64,000 bases of DNA from Eledone cirrhosa (Eukaryota): positions 367,598,001 through 367,662,000 of the forward strand of contig OZ024743.1 of NCBI GenBank assembly GCA_964016885.1. Reading direction: 5' to 3'. The position numbers and the translations under genes were made by a program. Numbering within the stretch: position 1 is the first letter of the stretch; each line of letters opens with the position of its first letter. Below, in pieces: positions 36,740 to 50,032 of the stretch. The notes under the pieces are model-generated. The model did not search any database. It was not told the DNA's origin and worked only from the letters and a program-made list of their open reading frames with translations.

Positions 36740-37095
36740 TACACACAGAAATAAATATCTGTAAATAAAAAAGGTGGGTGTGTAAAGGGTAAGGTAAAAA
36801 GTAGGGGGGAATAAGGAAAATAAATAACATAGGAAAAAGTTTAAATATAAGGGGAGATAAGGGAGAAAAAGAATATAAGGGTACAGAAAGTGAGTTCAGA
36901 GAGTAATAAAAATCGTAGTGGATGTAAGGTGTAAAGAGCAGAGAAGAAGTTCAAGGTGGTTGAGTCATCGTAGGAATGTCAATCCAATTACAGAGCAGAT
37001 GTGATTTCAGGTGAGGACAACATCTGAAGATCTCGGTCTTGGAGTTCAGGCAAGTTGAAGTGGCTTTCAAGTTTTGTAGAATTCTAAATTTTTCA
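36740..37095 (-). mobile_element. Naiad-like PLE extreme 3' fragment
   Basis: The reverse complement encodes FRILQNLKATSTCLNSKTEIFRCCPHLKSHLL (LN..E..C.H C-terminal pattern), followed by a pyrimidine-rich UTR. Confidence 0.55.
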
Positions 37096-37200
37096 GTGTG
37101 CTCTAAATCAGCTATAAACATTTATACCTTTATTTATTTATTTATTTATTATTTGTCGTATTCCCAACTATTTGTTTACCCCTTCCACCTTTTTATTTAT

Positions 37201-37600
37201 ATCATCATCATCATCATCATCATCATCAACGTTTAACGTCCGTGTTCCACGCTTGCATGGGTTTGGACGGGGGTAGTCCCACTTGAGGCAAGAGTGATTG
37301 TCTTGCTCGCATAGGACTGTCTGGCAGGTTTTCTACAGTTGGATGCCCTTCCTAACACCAACCACATTTACAGTGTGGGTCTGGGAGGTTTTTACCGTGT
37401 TGCCTACACGGCCACATTACAGCGTGGACTGTGTGTTTTTTTGTCGTGACACCTACACGATCTCATTTGTTTCGGCCTCGATGGCGCGGCACCAACATAA
37501 CTTTACATAGAACGGGGTGGTGTGGATCGGGTGGGGGTGGTGGTGGTGGGACGGGGTGTATTTTGTTAGAGATGCCTACTGGCTGGAGTAGGTTTTACTA
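37201..37600 (-). mobile_element. RTE family A 3' UTR-only copy
   Basis: Nearly identical to 16293-16683. Confidence 0.93.
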
Positions 37601-37638
37601 TATATATATATATATATATTTTTGTATTTTCTTATATA

Positions 37639-37681
<43 letters not shown>

Positions 37682-37977
37682 GTACATGTGTGTGTGTATG
37701 TATATATTTATATGTATGTGTAGGTGTAGATGTGTGTTTGTTTATTTATTTGTGTCCTTTCCTGTATCACTGTCAACTTTATAATAATTTTTATTTTCTT
37801 AAGTCGTATATTTTTAATTTTTATGTGACGGCCTATTGCATTATATGTTTGTTCATTGTTTTTTTTTTTTCTTATAATTAAATGTATGTGTGCATATGTA
37901 TGTGTGTATATATGTGTGTATGTATGTGTGTGTATGTACGTGTGTGTATATATATGTGTATGTGTGTATATATATAT

Positions 37978-38190
37978 AGGAAAAAGTATGACCCCGACGG
38001 CAGAGCTCAAGCCGTTTCGATGGCTATTTCTGGACTATTTTGGTCCAGAAATAGCTGTCGAAACGGCTTGAGCTCTGCTCTGCCGTCGAGATCATACTTT
38101 TTCCTATTTCCCACTCTACTACCCTAAGTATTGAGTAATCTGGTGCGTTATGGTCCATCTAGTTCCTTACCACAATTCCTTTGTTATAAA
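37978..38190 (+). repeat. Short fold-back element (~60-bp arms) with one-sided tail; half copy at 36450-36500
   Basis: AGGAAAAAGTATGA..TTCTGGAC-tatttt-GGTCCAGAA..TCATACTTTTTCCT, inserted in TA/TG microsatellite. Confidence 0.7.
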
Positions 38191-38306
38191 TATATATCTG
38201 TATATATATATATGTATATGTATATATGTGTCTGTGTATTTATGTGTATGTGTATGTATGGATATATATATATATATGTGTATGTATGTGTATATATGTG
38301 TGTATG

Positions 38307-38337
<31 letters not shown>

Positions 38338-38504
38338 ATGTATATGTGTGTGTGCGTGTGTGTGTGTGTTTGCGTGTGTGCATGTGTGTTTATCTACTTT
38401 TATATTTATTCTTTTTCCTTTCCTTCTCCTTTTTCCAGCCTCACTTTCATATAGATTATATTTTTGTTTTTAAAATCCACTTTCAATAAATACACCAGGA
38501 TTTT

Positions 38505-38563
38505 TTCATTCTGATGACTGAAAGCAAATTTTGCTTGCTTTCAAGAAACCACTGGTAAATGAA
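38505..38563 (+). ncRNA. Minimal hammerhead ribozyme (GUA)
   Basis: ttcatt-CTGATGA-ctgaaagcaa..ttgctttcaa-GAAA-CCACTGG-TA-aatgaa. Confidence 0.8.
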
Positions 38564-38657
38564 ATAATTATCTTATGTTGTTTATTACATAACTAATAAG
38601 CTCTGTAACCTACATAGAGCACTCTTTTTTCCTGGACCTTTCCGACGGAATTACTTC

Positions 38658-38731
<74 letters not shown>

Positions 38732-38735
<4 letters not shown>

Positions 38736-41700
38736 TGTTATACTTGGGGAGGGTCATATTTGTGTAATATTGCCAGAATTAATAACAGAACACACTCACT
38801 GTTTGGTTGGTTTTCGCTTTTCGCTTCTGTGTCTTTTATATCGGTAATCTAATTTATTCGGTCCTCAATGTTGCCATTGACTGACCAACGGTCAAAGATA
38901 ATACAGATACAATATAGACACAAACACATATATATAGTTTATCAAAGTTCTTTCGTTGCATATCTGCAACATCGTCAGTGGTGCTATTGTTTACTCCCGT
39001 TGCATTGTATTTTCTACGCCATCTTTATTTAGTCTGTTTATATATTTATTTATTTGTTTATTTTATTTTGTCTTCTTTGCGCATGCGTTTGCGTGTGTGT
39101 ATAGTGTTTTGTTTGATGTGTGTTCGTGATTGGGTGACTGTGTATTGGTTAATGTATTCTATCTTTACTAGTGTGTGTTTATATGTGTTTGTTGTTATTG
39201 TGCTTGTGTATTTATTTATTTATTTATTTATCTATTTATTTATTTATACTTCTCTTAGGTCAGTGTTGTTTGTTTGGGTGTTGTTGTTATTCCATTCATT
39301 CTTTCTGTTTAGCCTTGGCCTTCTAAGTTCTATTTCACTGGCCTCTCTGATTTGCCTATCTGCTGGGTCATTTCTATGTTTAGATATTATTCTAATTTCT
39401 ATGTTGTCTATGTTACTGTCGTGTTGTTGTCTGGCATGTTCGTATAGTACTGAACCGTTTTTTCGTCCTTTTAGTTCCCTCCAGTGTTGGTCTATCCTTT
39501 CACCTATGCTACAAGCTGTCTCGCCTATGTGTGTTGTTGTCATGTTTCTGCAAGTACCCTCTGTACATCTTATGCTATAGACTACGTTTCTAGTTTTACA
39601 GTTTATCCGGGGGGGGGGGGGGGTTACCTTACATATGATACATTTCCTATTAGTACAGTGGGTTTTCTTAAAAGGGTAGGTTTTTCTGATCAGGGATTTT
39701 ATGGTGGTTCCTGGCTTTTCTACCACCTTAATCTTTAAGTGGGTCTTTCTCAGGGCCTTTCTACACTGGTTAGCTTATTTCCCTCCAGGGGTAGCGTCCA
39801 CAAACATGACACTCTGGTTTCTCTGGTTGTTGTACCATGAGGTGGCTTTCCCTATCTTATGTCTAGCCCTATCTAAGCTATTCCATGATTTGCTCCTGTA
39901 TAATGGGCAAATTCCTTTCATGTCCAGTTCTATGAGGGTCTTATACTTCTCCATGGCTCCCTCGTATACTCTGACTCTGTCTCTTTGGTTGTAGCCAGAG
40001 AACTGCATGCGGTTGATGAAGTGTTGGATGTGTCTTTCCATTTCTTTTGGGTCGCACATGCGGGACACATTCTTCATCACTCGTACCAAGTGTGCGATCA
40101 GAATATTAAACTTAGCACTACTGGACATTGCTGAGTTTTTGAGTATCAGGTATTTGGAGGCCATGGGTTTAGCATAGTGTGATTGGAGAATTTGGGCTCT
40201 CTCGTCTATAGTGTTAATCCAGAGTTCCGTGTCTAATACAGGTAGTCTATTGTTACGGTGTTTGGAAGGGAAGTCGATAGTTACAGTTATACTCTGGTGT
40301 ATGGAATTAGCTATCTGCTGGATGCTTTCCATTGTGCTACGTTCTAAATCAAACTTGTTAGTGCTCTCTAGTGGGGATGTTCTTATAACTATATTGATAT
40401 CGTCTACGTAACGAGAGTACATGATGAGGTCTATGGAGCTCTCATTAAGGAGATCTTTAAGTCTCCTTTCCCACCATAGCATAAAAAGGTTGGCAACATC
40501 ACCAGTTATGCTGATGCCAATGGCTGCTCCCTCATTTTGGGTGTAGATCTTCTCGTTGAACTTGAATATGTGGCCCTTTTGGGTAGTTTTGATACTAGCC
40601 CCTATTGCATGTGCGACTATTTTTCTTACCTGATCATTGTTTTGGGGGGTCCGTCCGTATAGCTTTGGTCGACCCAATCCACCTTCCCAAGGGAGTCTTT
40701 TTAGCCATTGAGGTTATGGTGGGGGGAAGGGTCTACCTCTTATGGGTCTACTGGGGCAAAAACGTCTAAGGTCATGGCTGTATAGGTAGTCAGTGTCGTA
40801 GGTAAGTCTAAGTAGGAGGCCCAGTTCATCTGTATCGACATCGCAAAACTCCACCTCACTCTCAATGATCATCTCCACACATTTTTCCACAGCAAAATCA
40901 ATGTTAATGGATGGGTACAGTGATACCACATCCATGCTGCCTATTATGCCGTTGGATAGGTTCCTGTTTTTGTTGCACTCACTGATTCTGCTGAGGAGGT
41001 CCTCTGTACTGTCACATACATCTGGGGACATCTTGATTATGGGGTGTATAACCATTGAGAGGAAGTAGGAGATCCTGTAGTTGCTAGCTATATTTGCTCC
41101 GCATACGGGTCTTGTTGGTGGTCCTGTTGTCGGGTCATCAACTGTCTTGTGGTCTTTGCGGAGCCCATACAAGGGTGGTATGCCATTGTTAGACGCCTGG
41201 AAGTTGTTGGCAGTGTGTCATAGGCGAGACAGCTTGTAGCATAGGTGAAAGGATAGACCAACACTGGGGGGAACTAAAAGGACGAAAAAACGGTTCAGTA
41301 CTATACAAACATGCCACACAACAACACGACAGTAACATAGACAACATAGAAATTAGAATAATATCTAAACATAGAAATGACCCAGCAGATAGGCAAATCA
41401 GAGAAGCCAGTGAAATAGAACTTAGAAGGCCAAGGCTAAACAGAAAGAATGAATGGAATAACAACAACACCCAAACAAACAACACTGACCTAAGAGAAGT
41501 ATAAATAAATAAATAGATAAATAAATAAATAAATACATACACAAGCACAATAACAACAAACACATATAAACACACACTAGTAAAGATAGAATACATTAAC
41601 CAATACACAGTCACCCAATCACGAACACACATCAAACAAAACACTATACACACACGCAAACGCATGCGCAAAGAAGACAAAATAAAATAAACAAATAAAT

Positions 41701-42058
41701 AAATATATAAACAGACTAAATAAAGATGGCGTAGAAAATACAATGCAACGGGAGTAAACAATAGCACCACTGACGATGTTGCAGATGTGCAACGAAAGAA
41801 CTTTGATAAACTATATATATGTGTTTGTGTCTATATTGTATCTGTATTATCTTTGACCGTTGGTCAGTCAATGGCAGCATTGAGGACCGAATAAATTAGA
41901 TTACCGATATAAAAGACACAGAAGCGAAAAGCGAAAACCAACCAAACAGTGAGTGTGTTCTGTTATTAATTCTGGCAATATTACACAAATATGACCCTCC
42001 CCAAGTATAACAATATTTGTTTCGACACACGATTTCATATCAAAAACCTTGCAAAACT
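38732..42058 (-). mobile_element. Neptune-like Penelope element (RT plus GIY-YIG, frameshifted) with ~800-bp inverted pLTRs
   Basis: RT motifs YGLRKDHK, RPVCGA, SMDVVSLYPSI, YTQNEGAAIG, RYVDDI and LPVLD; linker CTNRKCIIC; VVYSIRC..HIGET. Arms are 38732-39529 and 41219-42016, with the tail 42017-42058 on the right arm only. Hammerhead-like CTGACGAT..GAAA motifs are at 41770-41803(+) and 38945-38978(-). Confidence 0.93.
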
Positions 42059-42074
42059 ATATATATATATATAT

Positions 42075-42386
42075 ATTATTAGAAATGTTAGCTATCGCCG
42101 TATTTTGACTAAAGAAATTAAAGAAATTATTTAGCCTGATAGTGGAGTTAAGAACCCTCGAAGAAATGGAAAAAGATGAGTATTGACGTACATGGGAGTC
42201 GAACCCACATCTTTGGTTATCCGGACCACTGTGCTACCATTTACACCAACACATCACCCATTTCTTCGAGGGTTCTTAACCCCACTATCAGGCTAAATAA
42301 TTTATTTAATTTCTTTAGTCAAAATACGGCGATAGCTAACATTTCTAATAATTTCAAATCCACTCGCTGTTTCGAAAATATTCTTA
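42075..42386. mobile_element. Fold-back element (95-bp arms) enclosing a tRNA-like sequence, with one-sided tail
   Basis: Arms are 42075-42169 and 42258-42352, the tail is 42353-42386, and it is flanked by (TA)n. Confidence 0.85.
42184..42255 (-). tRNA. tRNA-like sequence (pseudo-tRNA or Pol III promoter module), not a canonical tRNA gene
   Basis: GATGTGT-TGGTGTAAATGGTAGCAC-AGTGGTCCGGATAACCAA-AGATG-TGGGTTCGACTCCCA-TGTACGTCA has A and B boxes, a cloverleaf-like fold with several G-U pairs, and TTTTT 10 nt downstream. Confidence 0.6.
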
Positions 42387-43818
42387 AATATATATATATA
42401 TATGTCATCATCATCACTTAATGTTCACTTTCTTTGCTAGCAAGGGCTTGGCAGGTCTACATAGACCAAGTCAGTACTGAAGTGAGGCCACTAACATTCC
42501 TGGCTAGCCAAGGAAGTCTGTATCCCGTTAATGTACAGTCATTATTTAGTGCAGAGAAGTTCTTATGACTTTTGACACAAACTGAAGGATCGTCCAAACC
42601 CTTCGTTTGGCAAACTTTCCACAGCTGGATGCCTTTCTTAACACCACCACTTTACAGCATAAACTGGGTGATTTTATTATGTAGATCACCAGCACCAGGG
42701 AGGGTGTCATGATCCATCAAAACCTTTTGTTTGGCAAACTTTCTATGGCTGGATATCCTTCCTATCACCAACCACTTTACAGCATGTTCTGGGTGTATTT
42801 ATCATGTAGATCACCAACACTAAAGAGGTTGTTGTGTCTATGACACAGCTGAAGGGTCCGCTCAACCCTTTTAGGCATGGTTTCTACAGTGAGGTGCCCT
42901 TCCTGTTGCCAACCGCGCATATGGATTATTCTGGGTGCATTTATGTGGCACCATCACTAGAGAAGTTGTTGGTCATAGACTCAGCTATAGAGCCCTCTCA
43001 GCTCTGGGGAGAGGGGCAATAGGGGAGGGAGATAGGTATTAAGCTATAGGTGTTTATGGAGATGGATAGGGGTGGGTGATTAGTGTACAGAGATGTAGTG
43101 GTGTGAGGGATGAGGTCAATATGGTGGGAGTGGGGATGTGATGGGGAGATAGGTAGGGGGTAAGGAATAGGTATAGCTCGTTAGTATGTGGGGAGAGGGG
43201 GTGTGCTCGGTAGTGAGGGCTAAGGGGTGGTAATATGGGTGAACAAGGGGTAGAGAGAGTAGCAACTGGAATGCAATAGGTGCGGATATCTAAGGTCTTT
43301 AGAGGGGTTAAGAGGTGATAGTGGAGGTTAGCTACTAGGGTGCAATGGTGAGGATTTATGTAAACGGATATAAAAACAAGGATCTTGATAACCATCATCA
43401 TTTTCAGGTCCAATTTTCGATGCTTGCATGGGTTGGACAAAAGTGCGGGGCTGGTACTTTATTTTGTCAACCCCGTAAGGATGAAAGACAAAGCAAACCT
43501 TAGCAGGATTTGAACTCAGAACGTAAAGGGCCGTAACTCTATGCTGCGAAGCATGGTGTTTGAGGCTTTACCACTACTGCAAATCCACAGCCTTTTGATG
43601 ATGCTGATGATGATAATTTTAGGTTGGTTTTACTGGCTGGATACCCTTCCAATCACCAACCACATTACAGCATGGACTGGGCACATTGTTCATGCCACTA
43701 GAACTAGAGGTTGTCTTACCTGGCATAAGATTCCTCTCCTAGACAGGTAGCCTTCACTACGGCTTAAGGAGTCTACGTCCGTCTCATTTATATCTATATA
43801 TATATACATACATGTACA

Positions 43819-46012
43819 TCATCATCATCATTTTACGTCCGCTTTTCCCTGCTTGCAAGGGTGGGACGGGTCCTATTCAGCACAGCATCTCTCCACTTGT
43901 CACGGTCCTTCATCATCTCCTCCGTGAGTTTCAGCGATCTGCGGTCGGCTCTCACCACCTCCACCCTAGTATTTGGTGGTCTTATTCTACTGCGACTTCC
44001 TTCTACTGGGATTTCTCGGCAATTCTTTACCCAGCGGTCATCCTCCACGCGCATCACATGTCCATACCATCTCAGTCTTCTCTCCTGCACACTACAACTT
44101 ATCCCTCTTATACACAGTTTCTCTCTCAACTCATCTATAGTTGGCCATTAACGTACATTGACATTGCACATCCAATGGAGCATGCTTGCTTCATTTCTCT
44201 CGAGCCATCACATATCCTCTGCAGTTGCCGCCCATGTCTCACTACCATGCAGCATCGTGCATCTCACACAGGCATCATATAACCATCCTTTCGTATGCAG
44301 GGAGAAACCCTTCTTTGTCAACAAAGGAAGCAGCTCCCTTAACTTCTTACGTCCTTATTCTAGATACTATGCCCGCGGAACACCCCCCTGCCATGCTAAA
44401 TCTGATCACGTAGGTACTGGAAGCTATCAACCACTTCTATAGAACCTACCTGCATTTGAAAAATGTGTCTATCACTGTCAAATTTCCCTGTACATCTACT
44501 GCATATGGAGTTTTTCCTACCTGTTAGTTTGCCTGTTTGCTTGCCTGCTATCCCACTACATCTCTCGTGTACATAAGATCTGCATTGTGTACATTTTATA
44601 GAATTTATGCCAGTTCCTTTGCTACATATCGAACATGGCCATTTCCCTGATGGAATCAGAGTTTTGTCCTTTCGTCTACTTATCAACACTTTTGTCTTAG
44701 TTATGTTCACTCTCAGTCCTCTTGATTCCAACTGCTGTTTCCATAGCCAGAATTTATTCTCTAGCTCCTCTACTGATTCTGCTATAAGTACCAGATCGTC
44801 AGCATAGGGAAGTTCCCATGGGCAGTCACTCTTAAACTCCTCTGTATGGCTTGGAGAACTATAATGAACAAGAGCGGGCTGAGGACCGAACCTTGATATA
44901 CTCCTACTTGTATCTGGAATTCCTCACTAAACTCCATTCCTACTGTCACTTTACTGACAGCACCCCTGTACATAGCTTGCACTGTCCTCCCAAGCCATTC
45001 CTCTACACCTAGTTTCCTTAGGGACCACCAGATGACAGATCGACGTACCCTATCAAAGGCTAAGTATAGTGGCTTATTCTTCCCTAAGAACCTCTCTTGT
45101 AGTTGTCTCACTAAGAAGAGGGCATCTGTTGTACTTTTCCCATGCACAAAACCAAACTCATCTAATTTGACCCTTTCTCTAATTAATCGCACTAATATTC
45201 TTTCTGCCACTTTCATAACCTGATCCATCAGTTTTATACACCTATAATTGCTCCTCTCCAGAGCATCCCCTTTACCTTTGTAGCAATTTATGAGAATACT
45301 GCTGCAGCAGTCTTTGGGTGTGACACCACCATATATAGCTTGATTGATGATGCGTGCAACCAGTTTAGTGCCTACTTCTCCTGATGCCTTCAGCATCCCA
45401 GCAACTATCTCCGATGGTCCAGCGGCCTTACCATTTTTCATTTCCTTAATTCCCTCTTGGACCCTATAGTCGTCAATCTCAATATCTGGTCCCTCTGTTG
45501 GGTCTACTGGGGGTAGTTTCTCTCTCTCCCATTCGTTCTCCACATTCATCAGTCTCTCATAATGACATTTCCAGGCCTCCTTTTTCTGATCATTCGTGAC
45601 ACTAAGTGCACCAGCATCATTCCGGACACACTTATCTCCAACAACATCCTGATTTACACTGACACACTGCCTTGCAATGCGGAACACCACATGTCTCTTG
45701 TCTTCCCATCACAATCCTCCTACTCTCAGCCTCCTTGCGTGCTAAGTTCACCCAACATCTAGCTTATCTTTTAGCGGCATTGTATTGGTCCCTACCCCCA
45801 CCATTTTTCCAAGTATTCCATGCTAGTCTTTTGTCTTTAATGGTTCTATCTATCGTGCTGTTCCACCACTAGGTCACTCTCTGTCTTGTCGGAGCTCTGC
45901 TCCAACCACAAGTTTCTTCAGTAAGTTGTCATGTAAGAAATTCCAGTTATCATCTATGTCATACAATTCTAAATCGTCTTCTTTTTCGTCATACACATCT
46001 TGAAGGGATTTC
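43819..46012 (-). mobile_element. RTE LINE family B, 5'-truncated and degenerate
   Basis: The 302-aa ORF at 44782-45690 and downstream fragments are homologous to the RTE ORF, and the 3' end matches 32387-33900. Confidence 0.94.
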
Positions 46013-47444
46013 CTAAATTTATATTAAATTTATTTATATAAATATTTATAAATATATATATAAAGTTGATTGCCATTGGATAATAGATAATGATCATTTT
46101 CATTGGTCAAGTTGGATTATATGAAGGAGTTGATATCTTGGTAGCTGCTGGCTGCTGCTAAAAGAGAGGTGATTTACTAAGAGCAGGAAAGTTCTTCCTT
46201 ACTTTTGTTAGATGCTCCAGTTACGTTTTAAATTTCAGTGAAGTTGAAATGTTCAGTAAAGTATAGTTATTAGCCTATAATTTCCCTGTAGTTCATAGCA
46301 AAATCACAGTTCAGTTTTCTTGTTATCAATTGCAATATGTGAATACACAATATTGCAATATGTGATTATAAAATGATGTTAATGGCTAATTGCATAAAGT
46401 TAATGGCAACAGAATGACAGTTCAGTTTTTTATGATAAAGGATGCAGCAGGCTGTTGCAACATGTACAGATTTTTTGCTGAGCCAAATATGACAATTGCA
46501 CATCGTAGGTTAATTTAGAGGACCCTTGTCAATAATGTTCTGGGTTATGATGGACAGAACATTTCTTTAACTCAAGTACCTCTAGATAAAACAGGGCATT
46601 GAGGTGGAGATGCCGAACATCTATGAAACCAGTAAAAGCTCCCTCCATGAAGAGGTGGAGTTTTTCTGTCCTTGGAGGAGTTTATATGCTCAGGGATACT
46701 TAGTGCCACCCTAAAGACAACTGTCTTAGGAGAGTGTAAACCATTTATTGGATAGATACTTTGAATTTAGCAATTGAAGGTGAAGCTTGTATATGTTTTT
46801 TTTTCCTGTTGCAACATGTGATATTGGAAGTGATGTTATCTACATAAGAATAATTCATCTTAATATTGTATACAGGGGATGAGACAATATTATTTGACTT
46901 GTCTTACCTTACTTTGGGGGTGGAAATGGAGGTAGAAGAATCCTCTAGGTAAACTAATTTCTAACACTTCATTGCAATGGGCTATAACATTGTCTTAAAG
47001 ATATTTCCTACTGAGGATAAATTGGAGATTTCTCAGCTGAAGTTGGCTACAAAGTTCTAAATTTTAGTTAGAGCTGTTTGGAATGCCTATGAATAAACAT
47101 AATTTCCTCATTTGAGTATATAAAATAGTATTTACTCTGAGGGAAGTTGATGGAGAACTGAGAAGGAAAAAAAAAACAAGATTATCACTGACCATCAGCT
47201 GTGATCTGTGTGAAGAATTTATTTTGGTAAATATTACCTTGTCAGCCACCAGAAACACTGCTGTTATTGATGAGAAAATTGAAAAGTAGGGAAAATGTAC
47301 TCAGAAACAAGGAAGAACCTCTGTCAACAACAAGAATAGTATTTACTTGTCTAGAAGTCTAAAGTAATGCCCAAGTTGACTGTGATTAGGTTGGTAGTGA
47401 TAATTTAACTACCATCTCACCTCTTTTATACAGTACCACACCTA

Positions 47445-47640
47445 TTCAACTCCACTCTAGCATCTCTACAATCTCTCTAGGCCTATCTTTCATTGTCCCA
47501 ACATTGATGGTGACCACCCTAAGATTTTTTCCTGACAAGAATGTTGTTGCATAGTTTAGTTGCCAAGGAAGGATATCCTGATAGGCTTTTTTGGAAATTG
47601 GTAGTAGGAGTGAGAGGGGTGGGTGTACCATCATTCTTTT
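47445..47640 (-). mobile_element. RTE ORF N-terminal (APE start) fragment
   Basis: LRVVTINVGTMKDRPREIVEMLE. Confidence 0.65.
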
Positions 47641-48104
47641 AAAAGCATGTTTGTTACATTTTCAAATGCATGTTTCTTCATTATCTGTTTCTCATATATC
47701 TGTAGACATTTGCATGTATTCTGTTGCTTAGCAATAGTAATTTCTAAATAAACTAGCAAAATTAATCACAATGTCTTAGCTTATTCATAAAGAAATTATA
47801 TATCAAATCAAGTGAAATCAAATCAAATATCTTAGCATCATCATCTCTTCTAAAAAAAGAAAATAACTAAAAATATGGTGAGCTGTTAGTTTGCTTAATT
47901 ACAAACTAATACATGATATAACCACACATTTGAATGTATGCTTATTTGTTCTCTCTCTCTTTCTCTCATTCTTGTTCCTCTCCTCCCATCCTTCACTTGT
48001 CTAAATGTAGCCATTTGCATATATTCTGTTGCTTGGCAACAGTAATTTATAGATAAATTAGAAAAAACAATCATGTCTTAGCTTTAAGTTCTCAGAGAAA
48101 TTTA

Positions 48105-48885
48105 ACAAAGTCTTAGTAAGTAGGAAAGAAGATAGGACCCTACTAATCAGGGAAATGGCATACACAGTATGGAGTTTTCATGTTGTGTACTCATTGTAAA
48201 TTATGGGTGAACAAGTTATGCAGTTGTATCACACACAAGCCAAAAAGAAAAGAAATTTTGCATTTGGCAGATGCCCAAGGGCAATTATCTGTGAAACAAA
48301 CTTTTTCCAACCCAAGGAAGGTTCTATATAAATAGTTGATAGCTTCTTTATTTAGGTGACTTAATTAGCAATAGAATTAATAGCAAGAACAAGAACTGGG
48401 AGAAAAAGTTCTATCTCTTTTAGCACTGAAAAGATTCTCACACCAAGTGAAGGGTAGATTGCATGATGCCTGTGTACAAAGAGGAGTGTAGTATGAAAAT
48501 GAGATGTGAACACTGAATGCAGAGGATATGCAAAAGGTAGAAAGAAGTGAATAGAGCATGCTCTATTGGATAACTGACAAAGCTCATATGTGTTGAGGGA
48601 AAAACTAGGCATAATAGGAATCAGATCTAGTATTCAAGGAAGATTATTGTACTAGTGCAGACACATAGTGTGTATGAATGATGATCATTGAGGAAGAAGT
48701 GTCAGGAGTTCAAGTGGAAGGAAAATGTGGTAGAGTTGAACCAAGGAAGACATGGACAGGAGTGATAAAAGCCAATGTTTGGATGCTAAACCTTACAAAG
48801 AATTAGACAAAGGAAAAAGACAACTGAATAAACACTGTACTGGAAAGGACTTATCTAACCCATACAAACATTGAAAAACAAACAT
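48105..48885 (+). mobile_element. Highly degenerate RTE 3' fragment
   Basis: Remnants of GKW, VDSFFYLGD and LREKLGI, plus an RTE-type 3' end. Confidence 0.7.
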
Positions 48886-49971
48886 CTTGCTTACATAGAG
48901 TCCTGTATTATCTCTCACTACAGAGGACCTCAAGTACATTTTCATGAAACTAGCACTAAGGAGGTTGTCATATCTCTGATACAACTAAAGAGTCCTCTTG
49001 ACCCTTTGTTTGGTAAATTCTCTATGGCTGGATGCCCTATCTATCATCAACCATTTTAAAGAATGTAGTAAGTATGCTCTATCATGTCACCATTACTAAG
49101 AAGCTTGTTTAGCCCTTGACACAACAGGAAAGTCCTCCCACCTGGGCATGGTTTCTATGGCTGGATGACCTTCCCATTACTAACTACCTTACAATGTTAC
49201 TGGATGCATTTTTCGTGGTACCAGAAATAGAGATGGTTGTGTCATGACTGAAAGACCCCCCTCTCTCTTTCAATATATATATATATGTGCATGTGTGTGT
49301 ATACATAAATACGTTTTATATACTACATTAAATTGAAATATTCTAAAACCAATACTAAACAGTAAAACAGATCAATATTGTGATTAAATATTCAGTTGAC
49401 TTTTTAAAATTCTACACTCAATGCTTTAACCCTCTCATTTCCAGATTTCTAGTCAAATACACTGCTTATGTGTTTCAGTTAATTTTGAAAATAATCAGGA
49501 ATTTGAAGGAATTTAGTAAAATAAATAGTAAAATAAATCACCTATTCAGTGTTTCTCTGACATGTTGGCCAATAATCTATCATTCTGCCAGCTTACCATA
49601 ATCAATAGAAACATTCAGTTTGAGGAACAGGTTGAACAGGAAAATACAGCGACAAAGTTTTACTGAAACATCTGGCAAGTATTTCTTAATTACCAGACAT
49701 GTATTTTTCCTGAATCTATTTGACTATTTTACACATTATTTCATGTTAGTATAGCTAGAGATAGTGTCAACAAATTTCAACATTTGTGGATTGCTGAGAT
49801 GAATATTTTATAGGTTGATGTTTTTCCTATCATTAATTACTCTACAGGGTTGATAAAATACGGGGTCGATAAAATAAGTACCTGTAATGCACGTAATTGC
49901 TGGCCTTGTGCCTAAAGTAGAAACAATTAATTACTCTACAGAAGTGTGATAGACCTACCTTGTGTGTGTGT

Positions 49972-50032
<61 letters not shown>

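Larger units (their letters stand above)
34030..38660. repeat. Large interrupted inverted duplication with terminal hammerheads (34061-34119 minus, G8A; 38505-38563 plus, intact)
   Basis: 34030-34290 is the reverse complement of ~38330-38596, 34683-34772 of ~38210-38310, and 35430-35732 of pieces of 37097-37975. Confidence 0.8.

Noticed and set aside
38978-41770. Hydrophobic 200-aa and 193-aa ORFs resembling membrane proteins
   Set aside because: They are antisense translations of the A/C-rich Penelope pLTR, duplicated by the inverted repeat.
46900-47330. Cluster of minus-strand splice-like signals (gacag, AAG|gtaata, polyT-ctcag, AG|gtaaga)
   Set aside because: The candidate exons I translated had stops in all frames and no TMEM245 similarity.
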